Shown here: piece after piece, positions 63,385 to 64,000 of the stretch
Layout: each line of letters starts with the position of its first letter
Position numbering within the stretch: position 1 is the stretch's first letter
Origin: Callorhinchus milii
Lineage: Eukaryota
Direction of reading: 5' to 3'
Length of the DNA stretch: 64,000 bases
Assembly: GCF_018977255.1 (NCBI RefSeq)
Contig: NW_024704742.1
Location: forward strand, 14,944,001-15,008,000
Program-made: the position numbers and the translations under genes
Notes under the pieces: model-generated
Database searches by the model: none
Seen by the model: only the letters and a program-made list of their open reading frames with translations
What the model was told of the DNA's origin: nothing

Positions 63385-64000
63385 CTCCTCCAGCCCCCAC
63401 ATCATTTTGTGTGGCGTTCCTCAGGGCTCTGTCCTTGGTCCCCTCCTCTTCAATATCTATATGCTCCCTCTTGGTGACATCATCTGCAGACATGGGGTGA
63501 ACTTCCACATGTGTGCGGATGACACCCAACTCTACCTCTCTGCCTCCACCCTTGACTCCAGATCACTGCTGTCCTGACAGAATGTCTGATGTTTGTCTGA
63601 TGTCTCATCAAGTCCTGGATGAGAGCTAACATTCTTCAGTTGAATATCAACAAGACAAGGCCCTCCTGATTGCTTCACACCTCACGCGCTGATAGCATCA
63701 CCATCCAAGGATCCACACTCCATCTTACTAAGACAGTCCCGAACCTTGGCATCTTGTTTGACCCTCAAGTTTCCTTTCTATCTCACATCCGTTCTGCCTT
63801 CCGACACTTCTGAAACATAGCCCAGCTCACACCACAGACCGCCAAACCCTCATGCATGCATTCATAACTTCCAGGCTTGACTATGCAAACTCACTGCTTG
63901 TCGGCCTCCCCAACTCCTCCCTCCATAGGCTGTAGATCATCCAGAACTTTGCAGCATCTCCTGCACCAGGCTCCATGACCCCATCACCCCCATCCTCACC
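63385..64000 (+). mobile_element. L2 LINE RT fragment, runs off the window end
   Basis: [44 protein letters not shown]; colinear with 34550-35145 reversed. Confidence 0.9.

Overview
Eukaryotic, AT-rich and repeat-rich vertebrate DNA. It is most likely from a cartilaginous fish, an inference from the repeat make-up: CR1 and L2 LINEs plus tRNA-headed SINEs with a Deu-like core and (ATT)n tails. No complete protein-coding gene, rRNA, true tRNA or CRISPR array is recognisable, and nearly all long ORFs in the track are fragments of CR1/L2 ORF2 or translations of SINEs. The window reads as intronic or intergenic. Notable structure: (1) a chain of candidate minus-strand phase-0 micro-exons (21, 57, 21, 57 nt), including a duplicated 57-nt exon cassette with an S-x-E motif; (2) a young SINE subfamily whose 3' stem-loop matches the L2 tails in this window, while the older subfamily has a different loop; (3) L2 copies sharing a frameshift or a CADD RT motif; (4) nested insertions with readable target-site duplications (TSDs); (5) a hAT-type MITE, a palindromic MITE-like family and an unclassified dispersed repeat; (6) several perfect hairpins and short local duplications. 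Boundaries of old repeats are approximate.
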